In this document: one piece after another, positions 1 to 8,516 of the stretch | How the letters are laid out: each line of letters begins with the position of its first letter | Numbering within the stretch: position 1 is the stretch's first letter | Assembly (NCBI GenBank): GCA_041666945.1 | Contig: JBAYFY010000001.1 | Location: forward strand, 55,813 to 119,812 | Length of the DNA: 64,000 bases | Reading direction: 5' to 3' | From: Candidatus Buchananbacteria bacterium | GTDB lineage: Bacteria; Patescibacteriota; Patescibacteriia; 2-01-FULL-39-33 | Notes under the pieces: generated by a model | The model's database searches: none | What the model was told of the DNA's origin: nothing | The model's input: only the letters and a program-made list of their open reading frames with translations | Position numbers and translations under genes: made by a program

Positions 1-1785
1 CAATACTTTTCCCTCCATAGTCAAGGCGCCCTGGCAATCGGGAAAGCGTTCGCAGGAATAAAATTTGCCGCCGCGTCCCAGTTTGATTTTCATTTTCGCT
101 CCGCACTCCGGACATTTGATGTCGGCCGGCGCGTCACCTAAATCGGTTATTTTAGGGATGGATTTTTTGCTTTTGATCGCTTCAGTGAAGGGGCCGTAAA
201 AATCCTTCAGGGTTTTGATGTAAGTATCCTGGCCGCGGGCGATTTCATCCAGTTGATTTTCCATTTCCGCGGTAAAGGTGTCGGAGATATAATCGCCGAA
301 ATATTTTTCCAGAAAATCATCAACCAGTTCGCCCACCTCCGTTACCTTGAGCGATTTTTGCTCTTTGGTGACATAGCCGCGTTTAATGACGGTATCAATA
401 ATAGAAGCGTAAGTGGAAGGACGGCCGATGCCGCGTTTTTCCAATTCCTTGACCAAGCCGGCTTCGGTGTAGCGGTGCGGCGGTTCGGTTTGCTTTTCTT
501 CGGCCAAAATATCCAGAAGTTCCAATTTTTCTCCGGCCGTCATCTTGGGCAGTTCTACTTCCTCGCCGCGAGCTTTAGGATCGGCTTTCAGCCAGCCGGC
601 AAAAGTGATGCGGCTGCCTTCGGCGACAAATTCCGGCATTTCCGTTTCGTTTTTAGCGACGGCAATGGCTTTGGTCTTTAGGGTTTTAGCGTCGGCCATC
701 TGGCAGGCGACAGTTCTTTGCCAAATCAATTGATAGAGTCGCTTCTCCTGCGGCGTATGTCCGGCTTCGGTAACAGAGAAATGCGTCGGGCGGACGGCCT
801 CATGCGCTTCTTGCGCGTTTTTGCTTTTGGTTAAGAATTTCTGCGGTTTGGCGTATTCTTTGCCGAATTTTTCTATAACCAAACCGTTGATTTCTTTCAT
901 GGCCTGGCCGCTCAAAGTGGTGGAATCGGTACGCATGTAAGTAATGTGGCCGGCTTCATAGAGTTTCTGCGCCAAACGCATGGTCTGGCTGGGAGAATAG
1001 CCCAGGCGCGAAGAGGAAGATTGCTGCAAAGTTGAGGTGGTAAACGGCGCTTTGGCGCGACGCGTGGCCTCATTTTCTTCTACGGCTTTGACTTGCCAAT
1101 CAGCTTTTTTGGCTTTAGCCAGAATGTCCTCCGAATCTTTGGCTGTTTTGGGCTGTTTACTGCATTTGAATTTAACTTTGTCTTTTTGCGGCGTTTCAAA
1201 TTCCGCTTCCAGAACAAAATAGGTTTCCGGCACGAAAGCGCGGATTTCTTTTTCTTTTTCCGTTAGAATGCGCAGAGCCGGGGATTGCACGCGGCCGGCG
1301 GACAAGCCGTAACGGACTTTCTGCCAGATTAGGGCGCTTAAATCGTAACCGAACAGGCGATCCAAGACGCGGCGCGCTTCTTGCGCTTCCTTTAAATTTT
1401 CATCAATGTTGCGCGGATGCTTGATAGCTTCCTGAACGGCTTCCTTGGTAATTTCATGAAAGACGATTCTTTTGGGTTGCTTCAAGCCGATGGCTTCTTT
1501 GATGTGCCAGGCAATCGCTTCTCCCTCGCGGTCCGGATCGGTGGCTAACACCACTTCATCGGCTTTATGCGCTAAGCTTTTCAGTTCGCTGACGATTTTT
1601 TCCTTGCCCGGAACAATCTCGTAATGCGGCACAAAACCGCCCTTGATATCAATGGCGTTCTTGTTGGATTTGGGCAGATCGCGAATATGGCCGACCGAGG
1701 CCTTGACCGTGTATTCGTTATCCAAATATTTAGCGATGGTTTTGGCTTTGGCCGGGGACTCAACAATTAATAGTTTACGTGGCAT
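1..1785 (-). CDS. topA: DNA topoisomerase I, 5' portion; the C-terminal end runs off the window start
   Basis: Manual reverse-complement translation from ATG at 1785 gives MPRKLLIVESPAKAKTIAKYL...TDPDREGEAIAWH (Toprim), ...RPSTYASII..., and at the window edge the zinc-ribbon ...CPECGAKMKIKLGRGGKFYSCERFPDCQGAL. The frame is open to nt 1, which is why it is missing from the ORF track. Confidence 0.9.
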   Translation of the reverse strand, partial: MPRKLLIVESPAKAKTIAKYLDNEYTVKASVGHIRDLPKSNKNAIDIKGGFVPHYEIVPGKEKIVSELKSLAHKADEVVLATDPDREGEAIAWHIKEAIGLKQPKRIVFHEITKEAVQEAIKHPRNIDENLKEAQEARRVLDRLFGYDLSALIWQKVRYGLSAGRVQSPALRILTEKEKEIRAFVPETYFVLEAEFETPQKDKVKFKCSKQPKTAKDSEDILAKAKKADWQVKAVEENEATRRAKAPFTTSTLQQSSSSRLGYSPSQTMRLAQKLYEAGHITYMRTDSTTLSGQAMKEINGLVIEKFGKEYAKPQKFLTKSKNAQEAHEAVRPTHFSVTEAGHTPQEKRLYQLIWQRTVACQMADAKTLKTKAIAVAKNETEMPEFVAEGSRITFAGWLKADPKARGEEVELPKMTAGEKLELLDILAEEKQTEPPHRYTEAGLVKELEKRGIGRPSTYASIIDTVIKRGYVTKEQKSLKVTEVGELVDDFLEKYFGDYISDTFTAEMENQLDEIARGQDTYIKTLKDFYGPFTEAIKSKKSIPKITDLGDAPADIKCPECGAKMKIKLGRGGKFYSCERFPDCQGALTMEGKVL

Positions 1786-1815
1786 AAAAATTAGCAGTAA
1801 TTATTGGTTCTGACT

Positions 1816-2904
1816 TTAGATTTTGATATAATTTCCTCCGCCGACGTCTTTTACCAGTCCTTTTATGGACATCATCATAAGCAAAGACGATAAGGCATTG
1901 ATTCTAATATTACATACCTGGACGATTTTGTCAAGGTGAAGCGGTTCGGCGGAGAGATATCCCAAGATTTCCTTTTCCAATTCCGTCGGCTGGCTTTCTT
2001 CGGCGATCGCCGTTATTTGAGGCAACTTTTGCCAACCGTATTCTTCAATAATATCCGCGGCGTCGCTTACGGGTTTAGCTCCTTTTTTGATTAGATTGTT
2101 GGTACCTGCGGAGCAAGAACTGAAAATATTTCCGGGTACGGCAAAAACGTCGCGGTTTTGTTCTAAGGCGTAATTGGCGGTAATCAGCGAACCGGAATTT
2201 TCGCCGGCCTCAATAACCAATACGCCCGAAGATAAGCCGGAAATAAGGCGGTTGCGTTGGGGAAAAGTGGCTCGGTTGGCGCTGATGCCCAAAGGGAACT
2301 CCGAAATCAAACAGCCGTCTGATTCCAGGATTTTTTCGGCCAAATGAAAGTTGGTTTTAGGCCCGATATTATCCCAACTCAAATCCGATCCTAACACCGC
2401 CGCCGTTAATCCCCGGTTGTCCAAAGCGGTTTTGTGGGCCAGAGCGTCAATGCCCAAAGCCAAACCGGAAACCACGGTGATTCCCGCTTGAGCAATGCCG
2501 GCGATGATTTTTTCCGCCGCTTGCTGGCCGTAAGCCGTATGTTTTCTGGCGCCGACCACGCCCAGGCAAGAAACGTTTAAACAGCCAATGGCGCCGCGAT
2601 AATACAGTAGCGGGGGAGCGTTATAGATTTCTTTTAGCAAAGCCGGATAATCATCCTCGTCAAAAGTCACGAATTTAACGCCGGCCTGGCCCAGCCGCTT
2701 AAGTTCCTCCTCGGGTTGTATTTCCTGGCGTTTCAAAATAATATCCGTTGCTTCTTTTTCATTAAAACCGGCCGCTAAGAATTCCGGCAGCTTGGCGGTC
2801 CAAGCGTCTTTGGGATCGGGGAAAAAGCCAAGCAGCCGCCTTAAGCGAGCCGGACCCAAAAAATTTATTTGTGACAGGGCTATGAGATATGACGCGTTAA
2901 GCAT
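1816..2904 (-). CDS. dprA: DNA processing protein DprA (Smf), a natural-transformation mediator
   Basis: 362-aa ORF. Rossmann-like core GVVGARKHTAYGQ...VVSGLALGIDALAHKTAL...VLGSDLS...LISEFPLG...FPQRNRLISGLS...VIEAGENSGSLITA...RDVFAVPG is typical of the DprA family. Confidence 0.88.
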   Translation of the reverse strand: MLNASYLIALSQINFLGPARLRRLLGFFPDPKDAWTAKLPEFLAAGFNEKEATDIILKRQEIQPEEELKRLGQAGVKFVTFDEDDYPALLKEIYNAPPLLYYRGAIGCLNVSCLGVVGARKHTAYGQQAAEKIIAGIAQAGITVVSGLALGIDALAHKTALDNRGLTAAVLGSDLSWDNIGPKTNFHLAEKILESDGCLISEFPLGISANRATFPQRNRLISGLSSGVLVIEAGENSGSLITANYALEQNRDVFAVPGNIFSSCSAGTNNLIKKGAKPVSDAADIIEEYGWQKLPQITAIAEESQPTELEKEILGYLSAEPLHLDKIVQVCNIRINALSSLLMMMSIKGLVKDVGGGNYIKI

Positions 2905-2973
2905 GGTTGATGAAAAATTAAAATTGAGAGAACCCTCAATTTTTAATGATTGATTGATTTTTATCCTGAGGCC

Positions 2974-3002
2974 TTGACAGATCTATGACCGTTTGCTAAG
3001 AT
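2974..3002 (+). promoter_or_regulatory. Near-consensus sigma70-like promoter: TTGACA, 17-bp spacer, TAAGAT. No CDS follows on the plus strand.
   Basis: TTGACA at 2974-2979 and TAAGAT at 2997-3002, read directly. See the sRNA finding. Confidence 0.4.
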
Positions 3003-3044
3003 GGGGTCGTAAAACAAAGGGTATTATTTTAAGCGAAGCATCAA

Positions 3045-3139
3045 ATGACGGCCATAATTCTGTCTGTTAACTAGCGGTTATTGTCCCCCTCCTGACAATT
3101 TTCGCTTATTGGCAGACAGTATTATATCCGTCATTTTTT
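3045..3139 (+). terminator. Long imperfect hairpin followed by a T6 run; candidate intrinsic terminator, possibly bidirectional
   Basis: Arm 3045-3066 pairs with arm 3113-3134 (~19 bp of 22). It encloses an inner hairpin TTGTC/GACAA at 3081-3098. TTTTTT at 3134-3139. Confidence 0.5.
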
Positions 3140-3209
3140 ATAAAGCCCCTAAAGCCCAGCTTATAAAATAAACAAACTATCTTTATCGGGAATTTTATGG
3201 ACTTTTGAC

Positions 3210-3776
3210 TTAATTATGCCGGTTCATGGCTCGGGGCAAGCCGTCAATGATAATATCCAAAGCCGCGGCCGCGGCTTTTTTTGTTTGCTCTTTGACTATC
3301 GCCTTCTCGCTCCCGCTCCATTTCATCAGCACATAATCGGCGGTGGGGATTTTATCCAGCAACGGCGTCTTGACGCCCAGGCGGACGCGCGAGAATTTTT
3401 GGCTGGCCAGATGTTCAATGATTGATTTGACGCCGTTATGGCCGCCGGCCGAGGAATCATGCGACAGGCGCAATTTGCCTAAAGCCAAATCCTTGTCATC
3501 GTGGATAATGATGATATTTTCATTTTTGATTTTATAAAACTTAGCCAGCTTGGCCACGCTGGCTCCGGAATTATTCATGTAGGTCAGCGGCCTGGCCGCG
3601 ATGACTTTTTCACCGTTGATCGCGCCGCTGCTGATTTCCGCCAGGAATTTGGCGGATTTTTTCATTTTCGGCAAAACCGCCAACTGTCGAAAATTTTCGA
3701 CAGCCAGCCAGCCCAGATTATGCCAGGTTTGTTCGTATTTTTTGCCGGGATTGCCCAAGCCCGCTATTAAATACAT
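3210..3776 (-). CDS. pth: Peptidyl-tRNA hydrolase
   Basis: MYLIAGLGNPGKKYEQTWHNLGW...NGEKVIAARPLTYMNNSG...GHNGVKSI. The internal Met at 3776 is chosen; the ORF track opens at 3818. Confidence 0.9.
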   Translation of the reverse strand: MYLIAGLGNPGKKYEQTWHNLGWLAVENFRQLAVLPKMKKSAKFLAEISSGAINGEKVIAARPLTYMNNSGASVAKLAKFYKIKNENIIIIHDDKDLALGKLRLSHDSSAGGHNGVKSIIEHLASQKFSRVRLGVKTPLLDKIPTADYVLMKWSGSEKAIVKEQTKKAAAAALDIIIDGLPRAMNRHN

Positions 3777-3790
3777 ATAAATGCGCAAAG

Positions 3791-5155
3791 TTATTTTTGT
3801 AATTTGTTTTGGCCCCACTTTTTCATCTCAATCTGTATCGGCGTGCCGATGATTTTGAAGGTGTCGCGCAAATTATTCTGCAAAAAACGCAGATAAGAAA
3901 AATGCAAAGTCGCCGGATCATTCACGTTAATGATAAAGCGCGGCGGATTGGTGCCGCCTTGGCGGATGCTGTAAATGTAAGGATTCTTCAATCCTTTGCC
4001 GCGGCTGGGGCGGTGCTGTTTGATTTTTGATTTTAAGAACTTGTCCAAACGCGAATCGGAAATTTCCACTAAGCGCGAGCCAATGATTTCCAAAATGACG
4101 TCTAAGATTTTTTTGCTGCGCAAATTTTCTTTGGCAGAAACGAAAATCAAAGGCGCCCACCACAGATAAGGAAATGACAGGCGGTAGTAATCCACGAATT
4201 TGTCAATCGTTGCCGTGTCTTTGTCGCCGATCAAATCCCATTTGTTGGCCACGATAATCACGGACTTGCCCGATTCTAAAATGGCCTGGGTTATTTTTTT
4301 GTCCTGCACGTCGATTTTTTTGTCCGCTTCGGTGACGAGCACGGCCACATCGCATTCGGCCAGCGCTTTAAGCGATTTGGCAACGGATTTTTTTTCTAAT
4401 CCGCCTTCCACCCTGGCTTTCTTGCGCAGTCCGGCCGTATCAATAATAACGAATTTGCGGTCATGATATTCAAATTCAGTGTCGTGCGCTTCGCGCGTGG
4501 TGTGCGGCAGGGGGCTGACGATGACTCGCTCTTCGCCTAAAATTGAATTAAGCAAAGATGACTTGCCGACGTTGGGCTTGCCTAAGAGGGCGACGCGAAT
4601 CGGTTCTTGTCCGGCTGTTTCAGCGCTTTTTTGCGGCGGGAGTTTTTTGACGATCTCATCCAGCAAGTCGCCGGTGCCGGAACCGGAGGCGGCGGAAACA
4701 AACAACGGCTGGCCTAAGCCCAATCTTTCCACGCCGGCCGAATGCTTTTCATATCTGGCGCTTTCCGCTTTGTTGCCGACCACTAAGATTTTTGAACGCA
4801 GGCCTTGGCGAAGCAAGGATTTGGCCAATTCCCGATCCGACGTCAGGATGCCGGTTTTCAAGTCAATGACAAAAATAATAACTTTAGCCGTTTTAATGGC
4901 TTGTCGGGCTTGCTTAATAATGCCCAGCGCGATTTCCTCGGGCGCGCCTTCAATCAAGTCAACATCCAGCCCGCCGGTGTCTACCAGGGTGAATTTGACG
5001 CCGCGCCACTCGGCTATGCCGATGTTGCGATCGCGCGTAGTGCCGGCAACGGAAGAAACCAGCGCCTTGTTCTGTTCTATCAGGCGGTTAAAGAGAGTGG
5101 ATTTGCCGACATTGGCTCGGCCGACAATGGCTACTTGCGGTAATTTATCAGACAT
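3791..5155 (-). CDS. der: Ribosome-biogenesis GTPase Der/EngA with tandem GTPase domains
   Basis: Two G-domains, GRANVGKSTLFN...DTGG and GKPNVGKSSLLN...DTAG...NKWD, plus a C-terminal KH-like domain. Start taken at MSDKLPQVAIVGR (5155). Confidence 0.92.
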   Translation of the reverse strand: MSDKLPQVAIVGRANVGKSTLFNRLIEQNKALVSSVAGTTRDRNIGIAEWRGVKFTLVDTGGLDVDLIEGAPEEIALGIIKQARQAIKTAKVIIFVIDLKTGILTSDRELAKSLLRQGLRSKILVVGNKAESARYEKHSAGVERLGLGQPLFVSAASGSGTGDLLDEIVKKLPPQKSAETAGQEPIRVALLGKPNVGKSSLLNSILGEERVIVSPLPHTTREAHDTEFEYHDRKFVIIDTAGLRKKARVEGGLEKKSVAKSLKALAECDVAVLVTEADKKIDVQDKKITQAILESGKSVIIVANKWDLIGDKDTATIDKFVDYYRLSFPYLWWAPLIFVSAKENLRSKKILDVILEIIGSRLVEISDSRLDKFLKSKIKQHRPSRGKGLKNPYIYSIRQGGTNPPRFIINVNDPATLHFSYLRFLQNNLRDTFKIIGTPIQIEMKKWGQNKLQK

Positions 5156-5271
5156 ATTAATTATAGTATCAGTTATTGAGAGACAAAACAATATCATATA
5201 ATATTTTTGTTCTCCCTGTCAAGGCCAAATGTTTTTTATTTTGCCGTTTTTCGCAGTTTTTTGATTTTTAT

Positions 5272-6276
5272 GTTATGATATATTTGATGAAATGGGAAAA
5301 AAATTTCAATCCTAATCGCGCTTCTTGGGAGGAGTTCGTCACGGCCAATGCCGCTGACGGCGGTTTTTTGCAATCCTGGGATTGGGGAGAATTCCAACAA
5401 TCCTACGGACGAAAAATCTGGCGTTTGGCCTTGACTGACCGGAGTGAAATCTTGGCCGCGGCCCTGATTATCCGCCAACCGCTGCCCGGGGGGTGGAGTT
5501 ATTTTTATCTGCCGCGCGGACCGGTGTTAACGGCAAACGGCAAACGGCAAACGGCAAAAAGCGGAATATTGAATTATTTAATTGCCGAAATAAAAGAGCT
5601 GGCTAAAAAAGAAAAAGCCATATTTGTCAGAATGGATCCGGCTTGGCGTCAAGCCGACGATTTAACCGCCAATAAATTCAAATTCAGCGGACAGGTTCAG
5701 CCCCAAAGCACTTTGATCTTGGATTTAACCAAATCCGCGGAAGAATTGCTGTCCGCCATGAAACCCAAGACGCGTTATAATATCAAGGTGGCGCAGAAAC
5801 ACGGCGTAAAAATAACAATCAGCGCCAGACCGCAAGAAGAATTCAAGGAGTTTCTGGCTTTAATGAAGCAAACGGCCCGGCGTGACAATATCGCCGTTCA
5901 TCCGGATGGTTATTATCAAAAAATGTTGGAACAGCCGGAGATAAAATTAGTTTTTGCTCAAGCCGAAGGCCGAATCGCCGCCGCCATCATGGCTTTTTAT
6001 GGCGATTGGTGTTACTACTTGCACGGCGCTTCCGCTTATGAGGCGCGGGAAAAAATGGCGCCTTACTTGCTGCAATGGGAGATGATCAGGGAAGCGCAAA
6101 AACGCGGTTGCAAACATTATGATTTTTTTGGCGCTGACCCCGATAGATGGCCGGGCGTAACCAGATTCAAAGTCGGCTTTGCCCCCCGGCAGCCGTTAGC
6201 GGAATATGTCGGCGCTTATGATTCGGCTGTTAATCCTTTGTTATATTTTGCTTATAGAATAATCAAAAAATCATGA
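5272..6276 (+). CDS. FemAB-family peptidoglycan interpeptide-bridge aminoacyltransferase (FemX-like)
   Basis: GFLQSWDWGEFQ...KTRYNIKVAQK...YYLHGASAYE...KHYDFFGADP resembles the FemABX (tRNA-dependent aminoacyl transferase) family. The start is ambiguous among 5176, 5272 and 5284. Confidence 0.7.
   Translation, partial: VMIYLMKWEKNFNPNRASWEEFVTANAADGGFLQSWDWGEFQQSYGRKIWRLALTDRSEILAAALIIRQPLPGGWSYFYLPRGPVLTANGKRQTAKSGILNYLIAEIKELAKKEKAIFVRMDPAWRQADDLTANKFKFSGQVQPQSTLILDLTKSAEELLSAMKPKTRYNIKVAQKHGVKITISARPQEEFKEFLALMKQTARRDNIAVHPDGYYQKMLEQPEIKLVFAQAEGRIAAAIMAFYGDWCYYLHGASAYEAREKMAPYLLQWEMIREAQKRGCKHYDFFGADPDRWPGVTRFKVGFAPRQPLAEYVGAYDSAVNPLLYFAYRIIKKS
5531..5558. repeat. Heptanucleotide tandem repeat (CGGCAAA)x4 inside the FemAB-family CDS
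   Basis: cggcaaacggcaaacggcaaacggcaaa, read directly. It encodes ...NGKRQTAKSG... Confidence 0.85.
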
Positions 6277-7460
6277 GCAACGGACCGTTTAACATTCTGT
6301 CATCTTTTTTTGCTCATCGGTTGACCCGCCAAGTGAGGGAGCTTTATGCTTCTTCTGTTATTTTGGATTTCGCTTCTTGCATGGTTAGTATTTTTGAACC
6401 GGTTTTTTTGTATGTTTTCTTTTCGCAAACCCACAATTTGCAAGATACGTTGGAATTGATCACCTTGTTTTACTTATTGGTTTACATCCCGTATTTTTTC
6501 TTGGTGCCGTTGGGCGCCAAATTCGCCCGCCGTTTCGGTTACGAGAATTCCATTGCTTTGTCCACGCCCTTTTTGGTCTTGATGTATTTTTTGCTGTTTT
6601 CTGCCAATCAGTTTGCGCCGGCGGTTTGGCTGGCGGTCATACCCTATGTTATTTTTAAAATGCTTTATTGGCCGTCCTACCATTCCAATTTTGCCAAGTT
6701 TTCCGCTGAAGGCGAACAGGGCAGGCAAATCGGAAATCTGTACGCTATTTTGAATGTGGTTTACGTTATCAGTCCGTTAGTCGGCGGTTTGATTTTGCAA
6801 TTTTACGGTTTTAAGGTTTTATTCGTGGTGGCCGCAGTATTGATATTGGCTTCCAATATTCCCATGCTGATCACCAAAGAAGAATTTGAACCGAAATCTT
6901 TCAGTTATCGCGAGGCCTTCAGACGCGTTTTCACTCGGGAACATCGGCTCAAGCTCTGGGCTAATTTGGGCTTCGGCGAAGAATGGATAGTTTTGGTTAT
7001 TTGGCCGATTTTTATTTTTCTGGTCGTCAGCAATTATCTCAATTTAGGCATCCTTTCCGCGGCTTCCACTCTGGTCTCATTGGTTGTTTTATTATTCATT
7101 GGCCGCTGGACCGACAAGAATGACCGCCAGCAAATTATCGGCTACAGTACGGTTTTCTATTTTTTAAGCTGGCTGCTAAAATTAGTTACGCGTTTGCCGT
7201 TGGGAGTGTTGCTTCTGGACATATTCTCCCGCGTTTCCAAAGATTCCTTAACCGTGCCAATCACCGCATTTACTTACAAAGACGCTAAGGACGGTTCGGT
7301 CATGAATACGATTGTATTTTTTGAAATGTCTTTAGTTTTGGGCAAAATTGCGGCTATGTTTGTTTGTTTTCTGGCTTTGCAACTGGTGGCGCCGGGCTGG
7401 AACACAATGTTTATCGTCGGCGCCATCTTTACTTTGTTTTATTTGTTTTACCGCCTATGA
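6273..7460 (+). CDS. MFS-type transporter (12-TM membrane protein)
   Basis: 395 aa. About 12 hydrophobic segments in two halves with a central loop. It overlaps the previous stop (ATGA). Confidence 0.6.
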   Translation: MSNGPFNILSSFFAHRLTRQVRELYASSVILDFASCMVSIFEPVFLYVFFSQTHNLQDTLELITLFYLLVYIPYFFLVPLGAKFARRFGYENSIALSTPFLVLMYFLLFSANQFAPAVWLAVIPYVIFKMLYWPSYHSNFAKFSAEGEQGRQIGNLYAILNVVYVISPLVGGLILQFYGFKVLFVVAAVLILASNIPMLITKEEFEPKSFSYREAFRRVFTREHRLKLWANLGFGEEWIVLVIWPIFIFLVVSNYLNLGILSAASTLVSLVVLLFIGRWTDKNDRQQIIGYSTVFYFLSWLLKLVTRLPLGVLLLDIFSRVSKDSLTVPITAFTYKDAKDGSVMNTIVFFEMSLVLGKIAAMFVCFLALQLVAPGWNTMFIVGAIFTLFYLFYRL

Positions 7461-8260
7461 TTGATGTTAAATCGTTATGCCGGCAGTATGATATCAAGCC
7501 GGCCAAATCCAGGGGGCAGAATTTTTTAATTGACGCCAACATCGTCAAGAAAATTTTAGCCGCGGCCGCCATTGAACCGGGAGAAAAAATTCTGGAGGTC
7601 GGGCCGGGGTTGGGCGTCTTGACTGAAGGATTAGTTCGGGCTACTGATAATTTGACGGCGGTGGAGGTGGATAAAAAAATCATCGCTTATTTAAAAGCCA
7701 ACTTTCCCCAAGTCCGCTTGATTGAAGGTGATGTGTTGCAAGTCAATTTGTCTGCCGCCGGATTTACCGATTTTACTTACCGCATCGTGGCCAACTTGCC
7801 TTATTCAATTACGGCGGCATTCTTAAAATTATTTTTGGAGACCGGCCCCAAACCGACGGAGATGATCCTAATGCTGCAGAAAGAAGTGGCTAAACGGCTC
7901 ATAGCCCGGCCGGGCGAAATGTCTTTATTGGGTCTGTCGGCTCAATTGTTCGGCGAGCCGCAAATATTGTTTGAAGTCGGTCGCGGCTGTTTTTGGCCGG
8001 CGCCGGCCGTGGATTCGGCGGTAATCAAAATAAAATTAAAACAACCGGCGCCGGTCGGAGCCAAACAAATTTTTCGTTTGGCGCGCATCGGCTTTGCCGC
8101 CAAAAGAAAACAATTAAAGAATAATTTAGCCGGCGGATTGCATTTGCCGGAAGAGCAGGTGCGTCAGGCCTTGGTTGAATTGGGGTTAGACGAAAAAATC
8201 CGCGCGCAGGATTTGAGCGTAAATAATTGGTTAAAGTTAGCCGAAAAAATAGGGAAGTAG
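7457..8260 (+). CDS. rsmA: 16S rRNA (adenine1518/1519-N6)-dimethyltransferase RsmA/KsgA
   Basis: MIDVKSLCRQYDIKPAKSRGQNFLID...ILEVGPGLGVLTE...NLPYSITAA. Start at the internal Met, giving an ATGA overlap with the upstream stop. Confidence 0.9.
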   Translation: MIDVKSLCRQYDIKPAKSRGQNFLIDANIVKKILAAAAIEPGEKILEVGPGLGVLTEGLVRATDNLTAVEVDKKIIAYLKANFPQVRLIEGDVLQVNLSAAGFTDFTYRIVANLPYSITAAFLKLFLETGPKPTEMILMLQKEVAKRLIARPGEMSLLGLSAQLFGEPQILFEVGRGCFWPAPAVDSAVIKIKLKQPAPVGAKQIFRLARIGFAAKRKQLKNNLAGGLHLPEEQVRQALVELGLDEKIRAQDLSVNNWLKLAEKIGK

Positions 8261-8480
8261 ATGATAAAAACAGATAAAAAATAAAATAATAGTCAAACCT
8301 CAATAATTACTCCGAAAGTTGTGGCATTAAAGCGGCTTCCAATAAGCAAAGAAATTATAAATTCAGAAATAAAGGATTGGTATTCAAGCTATGTTTTGCT
8401 TCCGTACCCCCTTTATTTTTTTGTTGATTTATGGGCCGTGGAAATGTTCTAATATAAATCTTTTTATGAAAACGATTTTG

Positions 8481-8509
8481 TGGTATAATTAATACATAAC
8501 TTATCCACA
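8481..8509 (+). promoter_or_regulatory. Extended -10 (TGGTATAAT, 8481-8489) followed by a perfect DnaA-box 9-mer TTATCCACA (8501-8509). This is the candidate promoter/operator of the 22-kb surface operon.
   Basis: Read directly. The same 10-mer TGTGGATAAG, in reverse complement here, recurs at 40133 and 52620. Confidence 0.5.
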
Positions 8510-8516
8510 CCTCTAA

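Noticed and set aside
253-1222. Plus-strand ORFs 253-681, 545-733 and 1037-1222
   Set aside because: They are antisense to the well-supported topA reading frame. Their products are low-complexity with no motifs.
3216-5201. Multiple plus-strand ORFs, including 4479-5201 (240 aa) and 4805-5143
   Set aside because: They lie antisense to pth and der, whose products carry strong conserved motifs. These are shadow ORFs.
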